This document shows, piece by piece, positions 63,760-64,000 of a stretch of DNA of 64,000 nt. Below the pieces are notes generated by a model that was not told the origin of the DNA, did no database searches, and saw only the letters and a list, made by a program, of their open reading frames with translations. Source of the DNA: Candidatus Hadarchaeales archaeon (GTDB lineage Archaea; Hadarchaeota; Hadarchaeia; Hadarchaeales; Hadarchaeaceae). Each line of letters starts with the position of its first letter. Within the stretch, counting starts at the first letter, position 1. A program made the translations under genes and the position numbers. The stretch spans positions 1-64,000 of the forward strand of contig JAWCLG010000003.1 of assembly GCA_038851075.1 (NCBI GenBank), in the 5' to 3' direction.

Positions 63760-64000
63760 ATGGGCATGGAGTATATGCTCAGTCCTAAATCGGTTGCAGT
63801 CATAGGTGCAAGCAGGGAACCCGATAAAGTCGGCTACAGAGTGCTGAAGAACATTGTCGAAGGTGGGTTTGGCGGCGGAGTATATCCAGTCAATCCCAAT
63901 GCGGAAGAGATACTTGGCCTGAAATGTTTCAAAAATGTAGTCGATGTTCCTGATGATATCGACCTTGCGATAATATCGGTCCCGGCAAAAATAGTTCCAT
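63760..64000 (+). CDS. ADP-forming acetyl-CoA synthetase alpha subunit (CoA-binding domain), truncated by the window end
   Basis: Not in the ORF track; reads MGMEYMLSPKSVAVIGASREPDKVGY..YPVNP..DLAIISVP. Confidence 0.88.
   Translation, partial: MGMEYMLSPKSVAVIGASREPDKVGYRVLKNIVEGGFGGGVYPVNPNAEEILGLKCFKNVVDVPDDIDLAIISVPAKIVP

Overview
Archaeal chromosome window. The 16S sequence, unsplit RpoB, split RpoA'/A'', TBP, thermosome and Topo VI point to a euryarchaeal-type lineage; Hadarchaeota-like is my inference only. Left to right: (1) the 5' half of a minus-strand 16S rRNA gene, interrupted at about E. coli position 793 by what looks like a group I intron running off the window edge. (2) A ~15 kb carbohydrate-active surface locus (1613-16551): a clan GH-A hydrolase, two giant class III signal (type IV pilin-type) proteins carrying CBM-like/PKD/LamG/PQQ-propeller modules, a membrane-anchored 1804-aa GH2 and two small anchored PKD/CBM proteins, with a prepilin peptidase about 8 kb further on. 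(3) Housekeeping genes: TBP followed by two apparently catalytically dead paralogs (ThiI-like, AroA-like), thermosome, AMP phosphorylase, a his operon lacking hisH, RtcA, and the rpoH-B-A1-A2-L30e-nusA-S12-S7-EF1a-S10 operon. (4) A tRNA-Tyr/5S/tRNA-Asp/tRNA-Lys cluster. tRNA-Tyr has two BHB introns, one splitting the anticodon, and tRNA-Asp has a BHB intron in the 3' strand of the acceptor stem. (5) nadX-nadA-nadC, a radical SAM gene, an RND exporter, top6B/A, a CoA-transferase-GNAT fusion and a partial ADP-forming acetyl-CoA synthetase. I saw no CRISPR array, transposase or integrase. All calls come from reading motifs by eye; no database searches were run.
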